Source: Bugula neritina (lineage: Eukaryota; Animalia; Bryozoa). Taken from it: a DNA stretch of 64,000 nucleotides. The notes below the pieces were generated by a model. That model did no database searches. It was not told the DNA's origin and worked only from the letters and a program-made list of their open reading frames with translations. The position numbers and the translations under genes are program-made. Numbering within the stretch: the stretch's first letter is position 1; every line of letters starts with the position of its first letter. The stretch is taken from positions 15,233,675 to 15,297,674 of the forward strand of contig OZ037768.1 in NCBI GenBank assembly GCA_964035545.1. The letters are read 5' to 3'. This document shows, one piece after another, positions 1 through 18,374 of this stretch.

Positions 1-3000
1 CAACCTACTGAAATATACTGCAACATACTGAAATACACTGTAACATACTGAATTACACTGCAACATACTGTAACATACTGAAGTTCACTGCAACACATTG
101 AAATAAACTGCAACATACAGAATTATACTTCAACATACTGAAATATACCGAAAAAAATTGAAACATACTGAAATACACTGCAACATACTGAAATATACTG
201 CATGATACTGCAACATACTGATACACATTGTAAGATACTGAAATACACTGCAACATACCTCAACATACTGCAACGTATTGAAATACACTGTAACATGTTG
301 AAATATACTGCAACATACTGAAACATACGGCAACATACTGAAATATACTGCGACACATTGAAATATAGTGCAACATACTGAAATATGCCGTAGCATACTG
401 AAATACACTGCAATACACTGAATTATACTGTAATATACAGAAACGTACTGTAACACACTGAAACATACGGCAACATGCTAAAATATACTGCGACACATTG
501 AAATATACTGCAACATACTGAAATACACCGTAATATACTAAACTCCACTGCAACATTCTGAAATACACTGTAACACATTGAAATACACTGCAACACATTG
601 ACTTATACTGAAATACATTGTGAGGTACTGAAATACACTGCAACATACTGCAACATAATGGAATATATGGTAACCTACTGAAATATGTTGAAAACTACTG
701 AAATATACTGCAACATAATGCAACATAATGAAAGATACTGCAACATACTGGAATAAACTGCAAGATACTGCAACATACTGAAATACATTGTAACATACTG
801 AAATACACTGTAACATATTGAAATACACTGCAACACATTGAAACATTCCGCAACATACCGATATATATGGTAACCTAATGAAATACACTGTAACACGTTG
901 AAGTACACTGCAACATACTGAAATACACTGCAACACACTAAAGTATACTGTAATTTACAGAAATGTACTGTAACATACTGAAACATGCGGCAACATATTG
1001 AAATATATTGCAACACATTGAAATATACTGGAACTTACTGAAATGTGCTGCTGCATACTGAAATACACTGCAACACAGTGAAGTATACTCTAATATACAG
1101 AAATGTACTGTAAAATACTGAAATATACTGCAACATACTGAATTACACCGTAACATACTGAAATACACTGTAACATATTGAAATACACTGCAACACACCA
1201 AAATATACTTAAACATACCAAATAATATGGTAAACTACTGAAATATGTTACAAACTATTGAAACATACTGCAACATAATGAAATATACTGCAACATACTG
1301 AAAGATATTGCAACATACTGCAACATACTGAAATACACTGTAGAATACTGCAATATACTGCAACATACTGAAATATACTGCAAGATACTGCAAAATACTG
1401 AAATACATTGTAAGATACCTAATTACACTGCAACATACTGCAACATACTGCAACATATTGAAATACACTGTAACATATTGAAAAACACTACAACACATTG
1501 AAATTCACCGCAACATACCGAAGTATATGGTAGCCTACTGAAATATACTGCGACATATTGAAATATATTGCAACATAATGAAATATGCTGTAACATACTA
1601 AGACATACTGCAACATATGGAAATATAATGCAACATACTGAAATATACTCTAACATACTAAAATACACTGCAACACACTGCAACATACTGAAATAGACTG
1701 CAACATACTGAAATACACTGTAACATACTGAATTACACTGCAACATACTGTAACATACTGAAGTTCACTGCAACACATTGAAATGAACTGCAACATACGA
1801 AATTATACTTCAACATACTAAAAAAAACCGAAAAATATTGAAACATGCTGTAATACACTGTAACATACTGAATTACACTGTAACATATTGGAATGCACTG
1901 CAACACATTGAAATATACCGCAACATACTGAAATATGCTACAGCATACTGAAATACACTGCAAGACACTGAATTATACTGTAGTATACAGAAATGTACTG
2001 TAACATACTGAAATCTATGGCAACATACTTAAATGTACTGCAACATACTTAAGTATACTGCAACAAACTGAATATACGGTAACCTACCGAAATATGTTGC
2101 AAACTCCTAAAATATACTAAGTCACCAAAAATATTGCAGTTGTGCAACATAATGTAATATACCGCAAAAACATTGAAATATCCTGCAACAGCTTAAGAGA
2201 TACTGCAAAATACTGCAACATACTGAAATACACTCTAACATACTGAAATACACTGCAACATACTGAAATACACTGTAACATATTAAAATACACTGCAACA
2301 CACTGAAATATACTGAAATATACCGAAATATATGGTAACCTACTGAAATATGTTGCAAACCACCGAAATATACTGCAACATACTGCAACATAATGAAGTA
2401 TACTGCAACATACTGAAATATACTGCAAGATACTGCAACATACTGAAATACACTGTAACATACTGAAATACACTGCAACATACTGAAATATACTGCATGA
2501 TACTGCAACATACTGAAACACATTGTAAGACACTTAAATACACTGCAACATACCGCAACATACGGCAACGTATTGAAATACACTGTAACATATTGAAAAA
2601 CACTGCAACACATTGAAATATACTGCAACATACTGAAACATACAGCAACATACTGAAATATACTCCAACATACTAAAATACACTGCAACACACTGCAACA
2701 TACTGAAATATACTGCAACATACTGAAATACACTGTTACATACTGAATTACACTGCAACATACTGTAACATACTGAAGTTCACTGCAACACATTGAAATA
2801 AACTGCAACATACGGAATTATACTTCAACATACTGAGAAATACCGAAAAATATTGAAACATGCTGTAATACGCTGTAACATACTGAAATACACTGTAACA
2901 TATTGGAATGCACTTCAACACATTGAAATATACCGCAACATACCGAAATGTTTGGTAACCTACTGAAATATGCTGTAACGCATTGAAATATACTGCAACA

Positions 3001-6000
3001 CATTGAAATATACCGCAACATACTAAAATATGCTACAGCATACTGAAATACACTGCAAGACACTGAAGTATACTGTAATAGACAGAAATGTACTGTAACA
3101 TACTGAAACTTATGGCAACATACTTAAATGTACTGCAACATACTTAAATATACCGCAACAAACTAAATATACGGTAACCTACCGAAATATGTTGCAAAGT
3201 CCTAAAATATACTAAGTCACGAAAAAATATCGCAACTGTGCAACATAATGAAATATACCGCAAAAACATTGAAATATCCTGCAACAGCTTAAGAGATACT
3301 GCAAAACACTGCAACATACTGAAACACACTGTAACATACTGAATTATACTGAAATACATTGTAAGATACTGAAATAGACTGCAACATACTGCAACATAAT
3401 GGAATATATGGTAACCTACTGAAATATGTTGAAAACTACTGAAATATACTGCAACATTATGCAACATAATGAAAGATACTGCAACATACTGAAATAAACT
3501 GCAAGATACTGCAACATACTGAAATACACTGTAACATACTGAAATACACTCTAACATATTGAAATACACTGCAACATACTGCAACATACTAAAAAACACT
3601 GTAACATATTGAAATAAACTGCAACACATTGAAACATTCCGCAACATACCGAAATATATGGTAACCTAATGAAATATACTGTAACACGTTGAAGTACACT
3701 GCAACATACTGAAATACACTGCAACACACTAAAGTATACTGTAATTTACAGAAATGTACTGTAACATACTGAAATACACTGTAACATATTGAAAAACACT
3801 ACAACACATTGAAATATACCGCAACAAACCGACGTATATGGTAGCCTACTGAAATATACTGCGACATATTGAAATATACTGCAACATAATGAATTATACT
3901 GTAACATACTAAGACATACTGCAACATCCTGAAATATAATGCAACATACTGAAATATACTCCAACATACTAAAATACACTGCAACACACTGCAACCTACT
4001 GAAATATACTGCAACATACTGAAATACACTGTAACATACTGAATTACACTGCATCATACTGTAACATACTGAAGTTCACTGCAACACATTGAAATAAACT
4101 GCAACATACAGAATTATACTTCAACATACTGAAATATACCGAAAAAAATTGAAACATACTGAAATACACTGCAACATACTGAAATATACTGCATGATACT
4201 GCAACATACTGATACACATTGTAAGATACTGAAATACACTGCAACATACCGCAACATACTGCAACGTATTGAAATACACTGTAACATATTGAAATATACT
4301 GCAACATACTGAAACATACGGCAACATACTGAAATATACTGCGACACATTGGAATATAGTGCAACATACTGAAATATGCTGTAGCATACTGAAATACACT
4401 GCAATACACTGAATTTTACTGTAATATACAGAAACGTACTGTAACACACTGAAACATACGTCAACATACTAAAACATACTGCGACACATTGAAATATACT
4501 GCAACATACTGAAATACACCGTAATATACTAAACTCCACTGCAACATTCTGAAATACACTGTAACACATTGAAATACACTGCAACACATTGAATTATACT
4601 GAAATACATTGTGAGGTACTGAAATACACTGCAACATACTGCAACATAATGGAATATATGGTAACCTACTGAAATATGTTGAAAACTACTGAAATATACT
4701 GCAACATAATGCAACATAATGAAAGATACTGCAACATACTGAAATAAACTGCAAGATACTGCAACATACTGAAATACATTGTAACATACTGAAATACACT
4801 GTAACATATTGAAATACACTGCAACACATTGAAACATTCCGCAACATACCGAAATATATGGTAACCTAATGAAATACACTGTAACACGTTGAAGTACACT
4901 GCAACATACTGAAATACACTGCAACACACTAAAGTATACTGTAATTTACAGAAATGTACTGTAACATACTGAAACATGCGGCAACATATTGAAATATACT
5001 GCAACACATTGAAATATACTGCAACTTACTGAAATGTGCTGCAGCATACTGAAATACACTGCAACACAGTGAAGTATACTCTAATATACAGAAATGTACT
5101 GTAAAATACTGAAATATACTGCAACATACTGAAATACACCGTAACATACTGAAATACACTGTAACATATTGAAATACACTGCAACACACCAAAATATACT
5201 TAAACATACCAAAAAATATAGTAAACTACTGAAATATGTTACAAACTATTGAAACATACTGCAACATAATGAAATATACTGCAACATACTGAAAGATATT
5301 GCAACATACTGCAACATACTGAAATACACTGTAGAATACTGCAATATACTGCAACATACTGAAATATACTGCAAGATACTGCAAAATACTGAAATACATT
5401 GTAAGATACCTAATTACACTGCAACATACTGCAACATACTGCAACATATTGAAATACACTGTAACATATTGAAAAACACTACAACACATTGAAATTCACC
5501 GCAACATACCGAAGTATATGGTAGCCTACTGAAATATACTGCGACATATTGAAATATATTGCAACATAATGAAATATGCTGTAACATACTAAGACATACT
5601 GCAACATATGGAAATATAATGCAACATACTGAAATATACTCCAACATACTAAAATACACTGCAACACACTGCAACATACTGAAATATACTGCAACATACT
5701 GAAATACACTGTAACATACTGAATTACACTGCAACATACTGTAACATACTGAAGTTCACTGCAACACATTGAAATGAACTGCAACATACGAAATTATACT
5801 TCAACATACTAAAAAAAACCGAAAAATATTGAAACATGCTGTAATACACTGTAACATACTGAAATACACTGTAACATATTGGAATGCACTGCAACACATT
5901 GAAATATACCGCAACATACTGAAATATGCTACAGCATACTGAAATACACTGCAAGACACTGAATTATACTGTAGTATACAGAAATGTACTGTAACATACT

Positions 6001-9000
6001 GAAATCTATGGCAACATACTTAAATGTACTGCAACATACTTAAGTATACTGCAACAAACTGAATATACGGTAACCTACCGAAATATGTTGCAAACTCCTA
6101 AAATATACTAAGTCACCAAAAATATTGCAGTTGTGCAACATAATGTAATATACCGCAAAAACATTGAAATATCCTGCAACAGCTTAAGAGATACTGCAAA
6201 ATACTGCAACATACTGAAATACACTCTAACATACTGAAATACACTGCAACATACTGAAATACACTGTAACATATTAAAATACACTGCAACACACTGAAAT
6301 ATACTGAAATATACCGAAATATATGGTAACCTAATGAAATACACTGTAACACGTTGAAGTACACTGCAACATATTGAAATACACTGCAACACACTAAAGT
6401 ATACTGTAATTTACAGAAATGTACTGTAACATACTGAAACATGCGGCAACATATTGAAATATACTGCAACACATTGAAATATACTGCAACTTACTGAAAT
6501 GTGCTGCAGCATACTGAAATACACTGCAACACAGTGAAGTATACTCTAATATACAGAAATGTACTGTAAAATACTGAAATATACTGCAACATACTGAAAT
6601 ACACTGTAACATATTGAAATACACTGCAACACACCAAAATATACTTAAACATACCAAAAAATATGGTAAACTACTGAAATATGTTACAAACTATTGAAAC
6701 ATACTGCAACATAATGAAATATACTGCAACATACTGAAAGATATTGCAACATACTGCAACATACTGAAATACACTGTAGAATACTGCAATATACTGCAAC
6801 ATACTGAAATATACTGCAACATACTGAAATACACTGTAACATACTGAATTACACTGCAACATACTGTAACATACTGAAGTTCACTGCAACACATTGAAAT
6901 GAACTGCAACATACGAAATTATACTTCAACATACTAAAAAAAACCGAAAAATATTGAAACATGCTGTAATACACTGTAACATACTGAAATACACTGTAAC
7001 ATATTGGAATGCACTGCAACACATTGAAATATACCGCAAGATACCGAAATGTTTGGTAACCTACTGAAATATGCTGTAACACATTGAAACATACTGCAAC
7101 ACATTGAAATAAACCGCAACATACTGAAATATGCTACAGCATACTGAAATACACTGCAAGACACTGAATTATACTGTAGTATACAGAAATGTACTGTAAC
7201 ATACTGAAATCTATGGCAACATACTTAAATGTACTGCAACATACTTAAGTATACTGCAACAAACTGAATATACGGTAACCTACCGAAATATGTTGCAAAC
7301 TCCTAAAATATACTAAGTCACCAAAAATATTGCAGTTGTGCAACATAATGTAATATACCGCAAAAACATTGAAATATCCTGCAACAGCTTAAGAGATACT
7401 GCAAAATACTGCAACATACTGAAATACACTCTAACATACTGAAATACACTGCAACAAACTGAAATACACTGTAACATATTAAAATACACTGCAACACACT
7501 GAAATATACTGAAATATACCGAAATATATGGTAACCTACTGAAATATGTTGCAAACCACCGAAATATACTGCAACATACTGCAACATAATGAAGTATACT
7601 GCAACATACTGAAATATACTGCAAGATACTGCAACATACTGAAATACACTGTAACATACTGAAATACACTGCAACATACTGAAATATACTGCATGATACT
7701 GCAACATACTGAAACACATTGTAAGACACTTAAATACACTGCAACATACCGCAACATACGGCAACGTATTGAAATACACTGTAACATATTGAAAAACACT
7801 GCAACACATTGAAATATACTGCAACATACTGAAACATACAGCAACATACTGAAATATACTCCAACATACTAAAATACACTGCAACACACTGCAACATACT
7901 GAAATATACTGCAACATACTGAAATACACTGTTACATACTGAATTACACTGCAACATACTGTAACATACTGAAGTTCACTGCAACACATTGAAATAAACT
8001 GCAACATACGGAATTATACTTCAACATACTGAGAAATACCGAAAAATATTGAAACATGCTGTAATACGCTGTAACATACTGAAATACACTGTAACATATT
8101 GGAATGCACTGCAACACATTGAAATATACCGCAACATACCGAAATGTTTGGTAACCTACTGAAATATGCTGTAACGCATTGAAATATACTGCAACACATT
8201 GAAATATACCGCAACATACTAAAATATGCTACAGCATACTGAAATACACTGCAAGACACTGAAGTATACTGTAATAGACAGAAATGTACTGTAACATACT
8301 GAAACTTATGGCAACATACTTAAATGTACTGCAACATACTTAAATATACCGCAACAAACTAAATATACGGTAACCTACCGAAATATGTTGCAAAGTCCTA
8401 AAATATACTAAGTCACAAAAAAATATCGCAACTGTGCAACATAATGAAATATACCGCAAAAACATTGAAATATCCTGCAACAGCTTAAGAGATACTGCAA
8501 AACACTGCAACATACTGAAACACACTGTAACATACTGAATTATACTGAAATACATTGTAAGATACTGAAATAGACTGCAACATACTGCAACATAATGGAA
8601 TATATTGTAACCTACTGAAATATGTTGAAAACTACTGAAATATACTGCAACATTATGCAACATAATGAAAGATACTGCAACATACTGAAATAAACTGCAA
8701 GATACTGCAACATACTGAAATACACTGTAACATACTGAAATACACTGTAACATATTGAAATACACTGCAACATACTGCAACATACTAAAAAACACTGTAA
8801 CATATTGAAATAAACTGCAACACATTGAAACATTCCGCAACATACCGAAATATATGGTAACCTAATGAAATATACTGTAACACGTTGAAGTACACTGCAA
8901 CATACTGAAATACACTGCAACACACTAAAGTATACTGTAATTTACAGAAATGTACTGTAACATACTGAAATACACTGTAACATATTGAAAAACACTACAA

Positions 9001-12000
9001 CACATTGAAATATACCGCAACAAACCGAAGTATATGGTAGCCTACTGAAATATACTGCGACATATTGAAATATACTGCAACATAATGAATTATGCTGTAA
9101 CATACTAAGACATACTGCAACATCCTGAAATATAATGCAACATACTGAAATATACTCCAACATACTAAAATACACTGCAACACACTGCAACCTACTGAAA
9201 TATACTGCAACATACTGAAATACACTGTAACATACTGAATTACACTGCAACATACTGTAACATACTGAAGTTCACTGCAACACATTGAAATAAACTGCAA
9301 CATACAGAATTATACTTCAACATACTGAAATATACCGAAAAAAATTGAAACATACTGAAATACACTGCAACATACTGAAATATACTGCATGATACTGCAA
9401 CATACTGATACACATTGTAAGATACTGAAATACACTGCAACATACCTCAACATACTGCAACGTATTGAAATACACTGTAACATGTTGAAATATACTGCAA
9501 CATACTGAAACATACGGCAACATACTGAAATATACTGCGACACATTGAAATATAGTGCAACATACTGAAATATGCCGTAGCATACTGAAATACACTGCAA
9601 TACACTGAATTATACTGTAATATACAGAAACGTACTGTAACACACTGAAACATACGGCAACATGCTAAAATATACTGCGACACATTGAAATATACTGCAA
9701 CATACTGAAATACACCGTAATATACTAAACTCCACTGCAACATTCTGAAATACACTGTAACACATTGAAATACACTGCAACACATTGACTTATACTGAAA
9801 TACATTGTGAGGTACTGAAATACACTGCAACATACTGCAACATAATGGAATATATGGTAACCTACTGAAATATGTTGAAAACTACTGAAATATACTGCAA
9901 CATAATGCAACATAATGAAAGATACTGCAACATACTGGAATAAACTGCAAGATACTGCAACATACTGAAATACATTGTAACATACTGAAATACACTGTAA
10001 CATATTGAAATACACTGCAACACATTGAAACATTCCGCAACATACCGATATATATGGTAACCTAATGAAATACACTGTAACACGTTGAAGTACACTGCAA
10101 CATACTGAAATACACTGCAACACACTAAAGTATACTGTAATTTACAGAAATGTACTGTAACATACTGAAACATGCGGCAACATATTGAAATATATTGCAA
10201 CACATTGAAATATACTGGAACTTACTGAAATGTGCTGCTGCATACTGAAATACACTGCAACACAGTGAAGTATACTCTAATATACAGAAATGTACTGTAA
10301 AATACTGAAATATACTGCAACATACTGAATTACACCGTAACATACTGAAATACACTGTAACATATTGAAATACACTGCAACACACCAAAATATACTTAAA
10401 CATACCAAATAATATGGTAAACTACTGAAATATGTTACAAACTATTGAAACATACTGCAACATAATGAAATATACTGCAACATACTGAAAGATATTGCAA
10501 CATACTGCAACATACTGAAATACACTGTAGAATACTGCAATATACTGCAACATACTGAAATATACTGCAAGATACTGCAAAATACTGAAATACATTGTAA
10601 GATACCTAATTACACTGCAACATACTGCAACATACTGCAACATATTGAAATACACTGTAACATATTGAAAAACACTACAACACATTGAAATTCACCGCAA
10701 CATACCGAAGTATATGGTAGCCTACTGAAATATACTGCGACATATTGAAATATATTGCAACATAATGAAATATGCTGTAACATACTAAGACATACTGCAA
10801 CATATGGAAATATAATGCAACATACTGAAATATACTCTAACATACTAAAATACACTGCAACACACTGCAACATACTGAAATAGACTGCAACATACTGAAA
10901 TACACTGTAACATACTGAATTACACTGCAACATACTGTAACATACTGAAGTTCACTGCAACACATTGAAATGAACTGCAACATACGAAATTATACTTCAA
11001 CATACTAAAAAAAACCGAAAAATATTGAAACATGCTGTAATACACTGTAACATACTGAATTACACTGTAACATATTGGAATGCACTGCAACACATTGAAA
11101 TATACCGCAACATACTGAAATATGCTACAGCATACTGAAATACACTGCAAGACACTGAATTATACTGTAGTATACAGAAATGTACTGTAACATACTGAAA
11201 TCTATGGCAACATACTTAAATGTACTGCAACATACTTAAGTATACTGCAACAAACTGAATATACGGTAACCTACCGAAATATGTTGCAAACTCCTAAAAT
11301 ATACTAAGTCACCAAAAATATTGCAGTTGTGCAACATAATGTAATATACCGCAAAAACATTGAAATATCCTGCAACAGCTTAAGAGATACTGCAAAATAC
11401 TGCAACATACTGAAATACACTCTAACATACTGAAATACACTGCAACATACTGAAATACACTGTAACATATTAAAATACACTGCAACACACTGAAATATAC
11501 TGAAATATACCGAAATATATGGTAACCTACTGAAATATGTTGCAAACCACCGAAATATACTGCAACATACTGCAACATAATGAAGTATACTGCAACATAC
11601 TGAAATATACTGCAAGATACTGCAACATACTGAAATACACTGTAACATACTGAAATACACTGCAACATACTGAAATATACTGCATGATACTGCAACATAC
11701 TGAAACACATTGTAAGACACTTAAATACACTGCAACATACCGCAACATACGGCAACGTATTGAAATACACTGTAACATATTGAAAAACACTGCAACACAT
11801 TGAAATATACTGCAACATACTGAAACATACAGCAACATACTGAAATATACTCCAACATACTAAAATACACTGCAACACACTGCAACATACTGAAATATAC
11901 TGCAACATACTGAAATACACTGTTACATACTGAATTACACTGCAACATACTGTAACATACTGAAGTTCACTGCAACACATTGAAATAAACTGCAACATAC

Positions 12001-15000
12001 GGAATTATACTTCAACATACTGAGAAATACCGAAAAATATTGAAACATGCTGTAATACGCTGTAACATACTGAAATACACTGTAACATATTGGAATGCAC
12101 TTCAACACATTGAAATATACCGCAACATACCGAAATGTTTGGTAACCTACTGAAATATGCTGTAACGCATTGAAATATACTGCAACACATTGAAATATAC
12201 CGCAACATACTAAAATATGCTACAGCATACTGAAATACACTGCAAGACACTGAAGTATACTGTAATAGACAGAAATGTACTGTAACATACTGAAACTTAT
12301 GGCAACATACTTAAATGTACTGCAACATACTTAAATATACCGCAACAAACTAAATATACGGTAACCTACCGAAATATGTTGCAAAGTCCTAAAATATACT
12401 AAGTCACGAAAAAATATCGCAACTGTGCAACATAATGAAATATACCGCAAAAACATTGAAATATCCTGCAACAGCTTAAGAGATACTGCAAAACACTGCA
12501 ACATACTGAAACACACTGTAACATACTGAATTATACTGAAATACATTGTAAGATACTGAAATAGACTGCAACATACTGCAACATAATGGAATATATGGTA
12601 ACCTACTGAAATATGTTGAAAACTACTGAAATATACTGCAACATTATGCAACATAATGAAAGATACTGCAACATACTGAAATAAACTGCAAGATACTGCA
12701 ACATACTGAAATACACTGTAACATACTGAAATACACTCTAACATATTGAAATACACTGCAACATACTGCAACATACTAAAAAACACTGTAACATATTGAA
12801 ATAAACTGCAACACATTGAAACATTCCGCAACATACCGAAATATATGGTAACCTAATGAAATATACTGTAACACGTTGAAGTACACTGCAACATACTGAA
12901 ATACACTGCAACACACTAAAGTATACTGTAATTTACAGAAATGTACTGTAACATACTGAAATACACTGTAACATATTGAAAAACACTACAACACATTGAA
13001 ATATACCGCAACAAACCGACGTATATGGTAGCCTACTGAAATATACTGCGACATATTGAAATATACTGCAACATAATGAATTATACTGTAACATACTAAG
13101 ACATACTGCAACATCCTGAAATATAATGCAACATACTGAAATATACTCCAACATACTAAAATACACTGCAACACACTGCAACCTACTGAAATATACTGCA
13201 ACATACTGAAATACACTGTAACATACTGAATTACACTGCATCATACTGTAACATACTGAAGTTCACTGCAACACATTGAAATAAACTGCAACATACAGAA
13301 TTATACTTCAACATACTGAAATATACCGAAAAAAATTGAAACATACTGAAATACACTGCAACATACTGAAATATACTGCATGATACTGCAACATACTGAT
13401 ACACATTGTAAGATACTGAAATACACTGCAACATACCGCAACATACTGCAACGTATTGAAATACACTGTAACATATTGAAATATACTGCAACATACTGAA
13501 ACATACGGCAACATACTGAAATATACTGCGACACATTGGAATATAGTGCAACATACTGAAATATGCTGTAGCATACTGAAATACACTGCAATACACTGAA
13601 TTTTACTGTAATATACAGAAACGTACTGTAACACACTGAAACATACGTCAACATACTAAAACATACTGCGACACATTGAAATATACTGCAACATACTGAA
13701 ATACACCGTAATATACTAAACTCCACTGCAACATTCTGAAATACACTGTAACACATTGAAATACACTGCAACACATTGAATTATACTGAAATACATTGTG
13801 AGGTACTGAAATACACTGCAACATACTGCAACATAATGGAATATATGGTAACCTACTGAAATATGTTGAAAACTACTGAAATATACTGCAACATAATGCA
13901 ACATAATGAAAGATACTGCAACATACTGAAATAAACTGCAAGATACTGCAACATACTGAAATACATTGTAACATACTGAAATACACTGTAACATATTGAA
14001 ATACACTGCAACACATTGAAACATTCCGCAACATACCGAAATATATGGTAACCTAATGAAATACACTGTAACACGTTGAAGTACACTGCAACATACTGAA
14101 ATACACTGCAACACACTAAAGTATACTGTAATTTACAGAAATGTACTGTAACATACTGAAACATGCGGCAACATATTGAAATATACTGCAACACATTGAA
14201 ATATACTGCAACTTACTGAAATGTGCTGCAGCATACTGAAATACACTGCAACACAGTGAAGTATACTCTAATATACAGAAATGTACTGTAAAATACTGAA
14301 ATATACTGCAACATACTGAAATACACCGTAACATACTGAAATACACTGTAACATATTGAAATACACTGCAACACACCAAAATATACTTAAACATACCAAA
14401 AAATATAGTAAACTACTGAAATATGTTACAAACTATTGAAACATACTGCAACATAATGAAATATACTGCAACATACTGAAAGATATTGCAACATACTGCA
14501 ACATACTGAAATACACTGTAGAATACTGCAATATACTGCAACATACTGAAATATACTGCAAGATACTGCAAAATACTGAAATACATTGTAAGATACCTAA
14601 TTACACTGCAACATACTGCAACATACTGCAACATATTGAAATACACTGTAACATATTGAAAAACACTACAACACATTGAAATTCACCGCAACATACCGAA
14701 GTATATGGTAGCCTACTGAAATATACTGCGACATATTGAAATATATTGCAACATAATGAAATATGCTGTAACATACTAAGACATACTGCAACATATGGAA
14801 ATATAATGCAACATACTGAAATATACTCCAACATACTAAAATACACTGCAACACACTGCAACATACTGAAATATACTGCAACATACTGAAATACACTGTA
14901 ACATACTGAATTACACTGCAACATACTGTAACATACTGAAGTTCACTGCAACACATTGAAATGAACTGCAACATACGAAATTATACTTCAACATACTAAA

Positions 15001-18000
15001 AAAAACCGAAAAATATTGAAACATGCTGTAATACACTGTAACATACTGAAATACACTGTAACATATTGGAATGCACTGCAACACATTGAAATATACCGCA
15101 ACATACTGAAATATGCTACAGCATACTGAAATACACTGCAAGACACTGAATTATACTGTAGTATACAGAAATGTACTGTAACATACTGAAATCTATGGCA
15201 ACATACTTAAATGTACTGCAACATACTTAAGTATACTGCAACAAACTGAATATACGGTAACCTACCGAAATATGTTGCAAACTCCTAAAATATACTAAGT
15301 CACCAAAAATATTGCAGTTGTGCAACATAATGTAATATACCGCAAAAACATTGAAATATCCTGCAACAGCTTAAGAGATACTGCAAAATACTGCAACATA
15401 CTGAAATACACTCTAACATACTGAAATACACTGCAACATACTGAAATACACTGTAACATATTAAAATACACTGCAACACACTGAAATATACTGAAATATA
15501 CCGAAATATATGGTAACCTAATGAAATACACTGTAACACGTTGAAGTACACTGCAACATATTGAAATACACTGCAACACACTAAAGTATACTGTAATTTA
15601 CAGAAATGTACTGTAACATACTGAAACATGCGGCAACATATTGAAATATACTGCAACACATTGAAATATACTGCAACTTACTGAAATGTGCTGCAGCATA
15701 CTGAAATACACTGCAACACAGTGAAGTATACTCTAATATACAGAAATGTACTGTAAAATACTGAAATATACTGCAACATACTGAAATACACTGTAACATA
15801 TTGAAATACACTGCAACACACCAAAATATACTTAAACATACCAAAAAATATGGTAAACTACTGAAATATGTTACAAACTATTGAAACATACTGCAACATA
15901 ATGAAATATACTGCAACATACTGAAAGATATTGCAACATACTGCAACATACTGAAATACACTGTAGAATACTGCAATATACTGCAACATACTGAAATATA
16001 CTGCAACATACTGAAATACACTGTAACATACTGAATTACACTGCAACATACTGTAACATACTGAAGTTCACTGCAACACATTGAAATGAACTGCAACATA
16101 CGAAATTATACTTCAACATACTAAAAAAAACCGAAAAATATTGAAACATGCTGTAATACACTGTAACATACTGAAATACACTGTAACATATTGGAATGCA
16201 CTGCAACACATTGAAATATACCGCAAGATACCGAAATGTTTGGTAACCTACTGAAATATGCTGTAACACATTGAAACATACTGCAACACATTGAAATAAA
16301 CCGCAACATACTGAAATATGCTACAGCATACTGAAATACACTGCAAGACACTGAATTATACTGTAGTATACAGAAATGTACTGTAACATACTGAAATCTA
16401 TGGCAACATACTTAAATGTACTGCAACATACTTAAGTATACTGCAACAAACTGAATATACGGTAACCTACCGAAATATGTTGCAAACTCCTAAAATATAC
16501 TAAGTCACCAAAAATATTGCAGTTGTGCAACATAATGTAATATACCGCAAAAACATTGAAATATCCTGCAACAGCTTAAGAGATACTGCAAAATACTGCA
16601 ACATACTGAAATACACTCTAACATACTGAAATACACTGCAACAAACTGAAATACACTGTAACATATTAAAATACACTGCAACACACTGAAATATACTGAA
16701 ATATACCGAAATATATGGTAACCTACTGAAATATGTTGCAAACCACCGAAATATACTGCAACATACTGCAACATAATGAAGTATACTGCAACATACTGAA
16801 ATATACTGCAAGATACTGCAACATACTGAAATACACTGTAACATACTGAAATACACTGCAACATACTGAAATATACTGCATGATACTGCAACATACTGAA
16901 ACACATTGTAAGACACTTAAATACACTGCAACATACCGCAACATACGGCAACGTATTGAAATACACTGTAACATATTGAAAAACACTGCAACACATTGAA
17001 ATATACTGCAACATACTGAAACATACAGCAACATACTGAAATATACTCCAACATACTAAAATACACTGCAACACACTGCAACATACTGAAATATACTGCA
17101 ACATACTGAAATACACTGTTACATACTGAATTACACTGCAACATACTGTAACATACTGAAGTTCACTGCAACACATTGAAATAAACTGCAACATACGGAA
17201 TTATACTTCAACATACTGAGAAATACCGAAAAATATTGAAACATGCTGTAATACGCTGTAACATACTGAAATACACTGTAACATATTGGAATGCACTGCA
17301 ACACATTGAAATATACCGCAACATACCGAAATGTTTGGTAACCTACTGAAATATGCTGTAACGCATTGAAATATACTGCAACACATTGAAATATACCGCA
17401 ACATACTAAAATATGCTACAGCATACTGAAATACACTGCAAGACACTGAAGTATACTGTAATAGACAGAAATGTACTGTAACATACTGAAACTTATGGCA
17501 ACATACTTAAATGTACTGCAACATACTTAAATATACCGCAACAAACTAAATATACGGTAACCTACCGAAATATGTTGCAAAGTCCTAAAATATACTAAGT
17601 CACGAAAAAATATCGCAACTGTGCAACATAATGAAATATACCGCAAAAACATTGAAATATCCTGCAACAGCTTAAGAGATACTGCAAAACACTGCAACAT
17701 ACTGAAACACACAGTAACATACTGAATTATACTGAAATACATTGTAAGATACTGAAATAGACTGCAACATACTGCAACATAATGGAATATATGGTAACCT
17801 ACTGAAATATGTTGAAAACTACTGAAATATACTGCAACATTATGCAACATAATGAAAGATACTGCAACATACTGAAATAAACTGCAAGATACTGCAACAT
17901 ACTGAAATACACTGTAACATACTGAAATACACTGTAACATATTGAAATACACTGCAACATACTGCAACATACTAAAAAACACTGTAACATATTGAAATAA

Positions 18001-18374
18001 ACTGCAACACATTGAAACATTCCGCAACATACCGAAATATATGGTAACCTAATGAAATATACTGTAACACTTTGAAGTACACTGCAACATACTGAAATAC
18101 ACTGCAACACACTAAAGTATACTGTAATTTACAGAAATGTACTGTAACATACTGAAATACACTGTAACATATTGAAAAACACTACAACACATTGAAATAT
18201 ACCGCAACAAACCGAAGTATATGGTAGCCTACTGAAATATACTGCGACATATTGAAATATACTGCAACATAATGAATTATGCTGTAACATACTAAGACAT
18301 ACTGCAACATCCTGAAATATAATGCAACATACTGAAATATACTCCAACATACTAAAATACACTGCAACACACTG
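1..18374 (+). repeat. 9187-bp higher-order repeat, 2 near-identical tandem copies (1-9187, 9188-18374), composed of 3991 + 5196 sub-blocks
   Basis: The ORF track repeats at a constant offset of 9187 (53/9240, 2117/11304, 6108/15295, 8942/18129). Private variants are shared (acctcaac ~257/~9444, ttgacttatac ~598/~9785, ccaaataatatgg ~1218/~10405). Internal offsets are 3991 (53/4044) and 5196 (2117/7313). Confidence 0.93.
2065..2205 (+). repeat. Degenerate phase-shift island within satellite A (first of 17 copies; core GTCAC at 2121, 3216, 6112, 7317, 8412, 11308, 12403, 15299, 16504, 17599, 21794, 24209, 25414, 26509, 30704, 33159, 39866)
   Basis: Recurrent ...gaatatacggtaacctaccgaaatatgttgcaaactcctaaaatatactaagtcaccaaaaatattgcagttgtgcaac...cctgcaacagcttaagagatactg. 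The register changes by 5 or 6 bp across each copy. Confidence 0.9.
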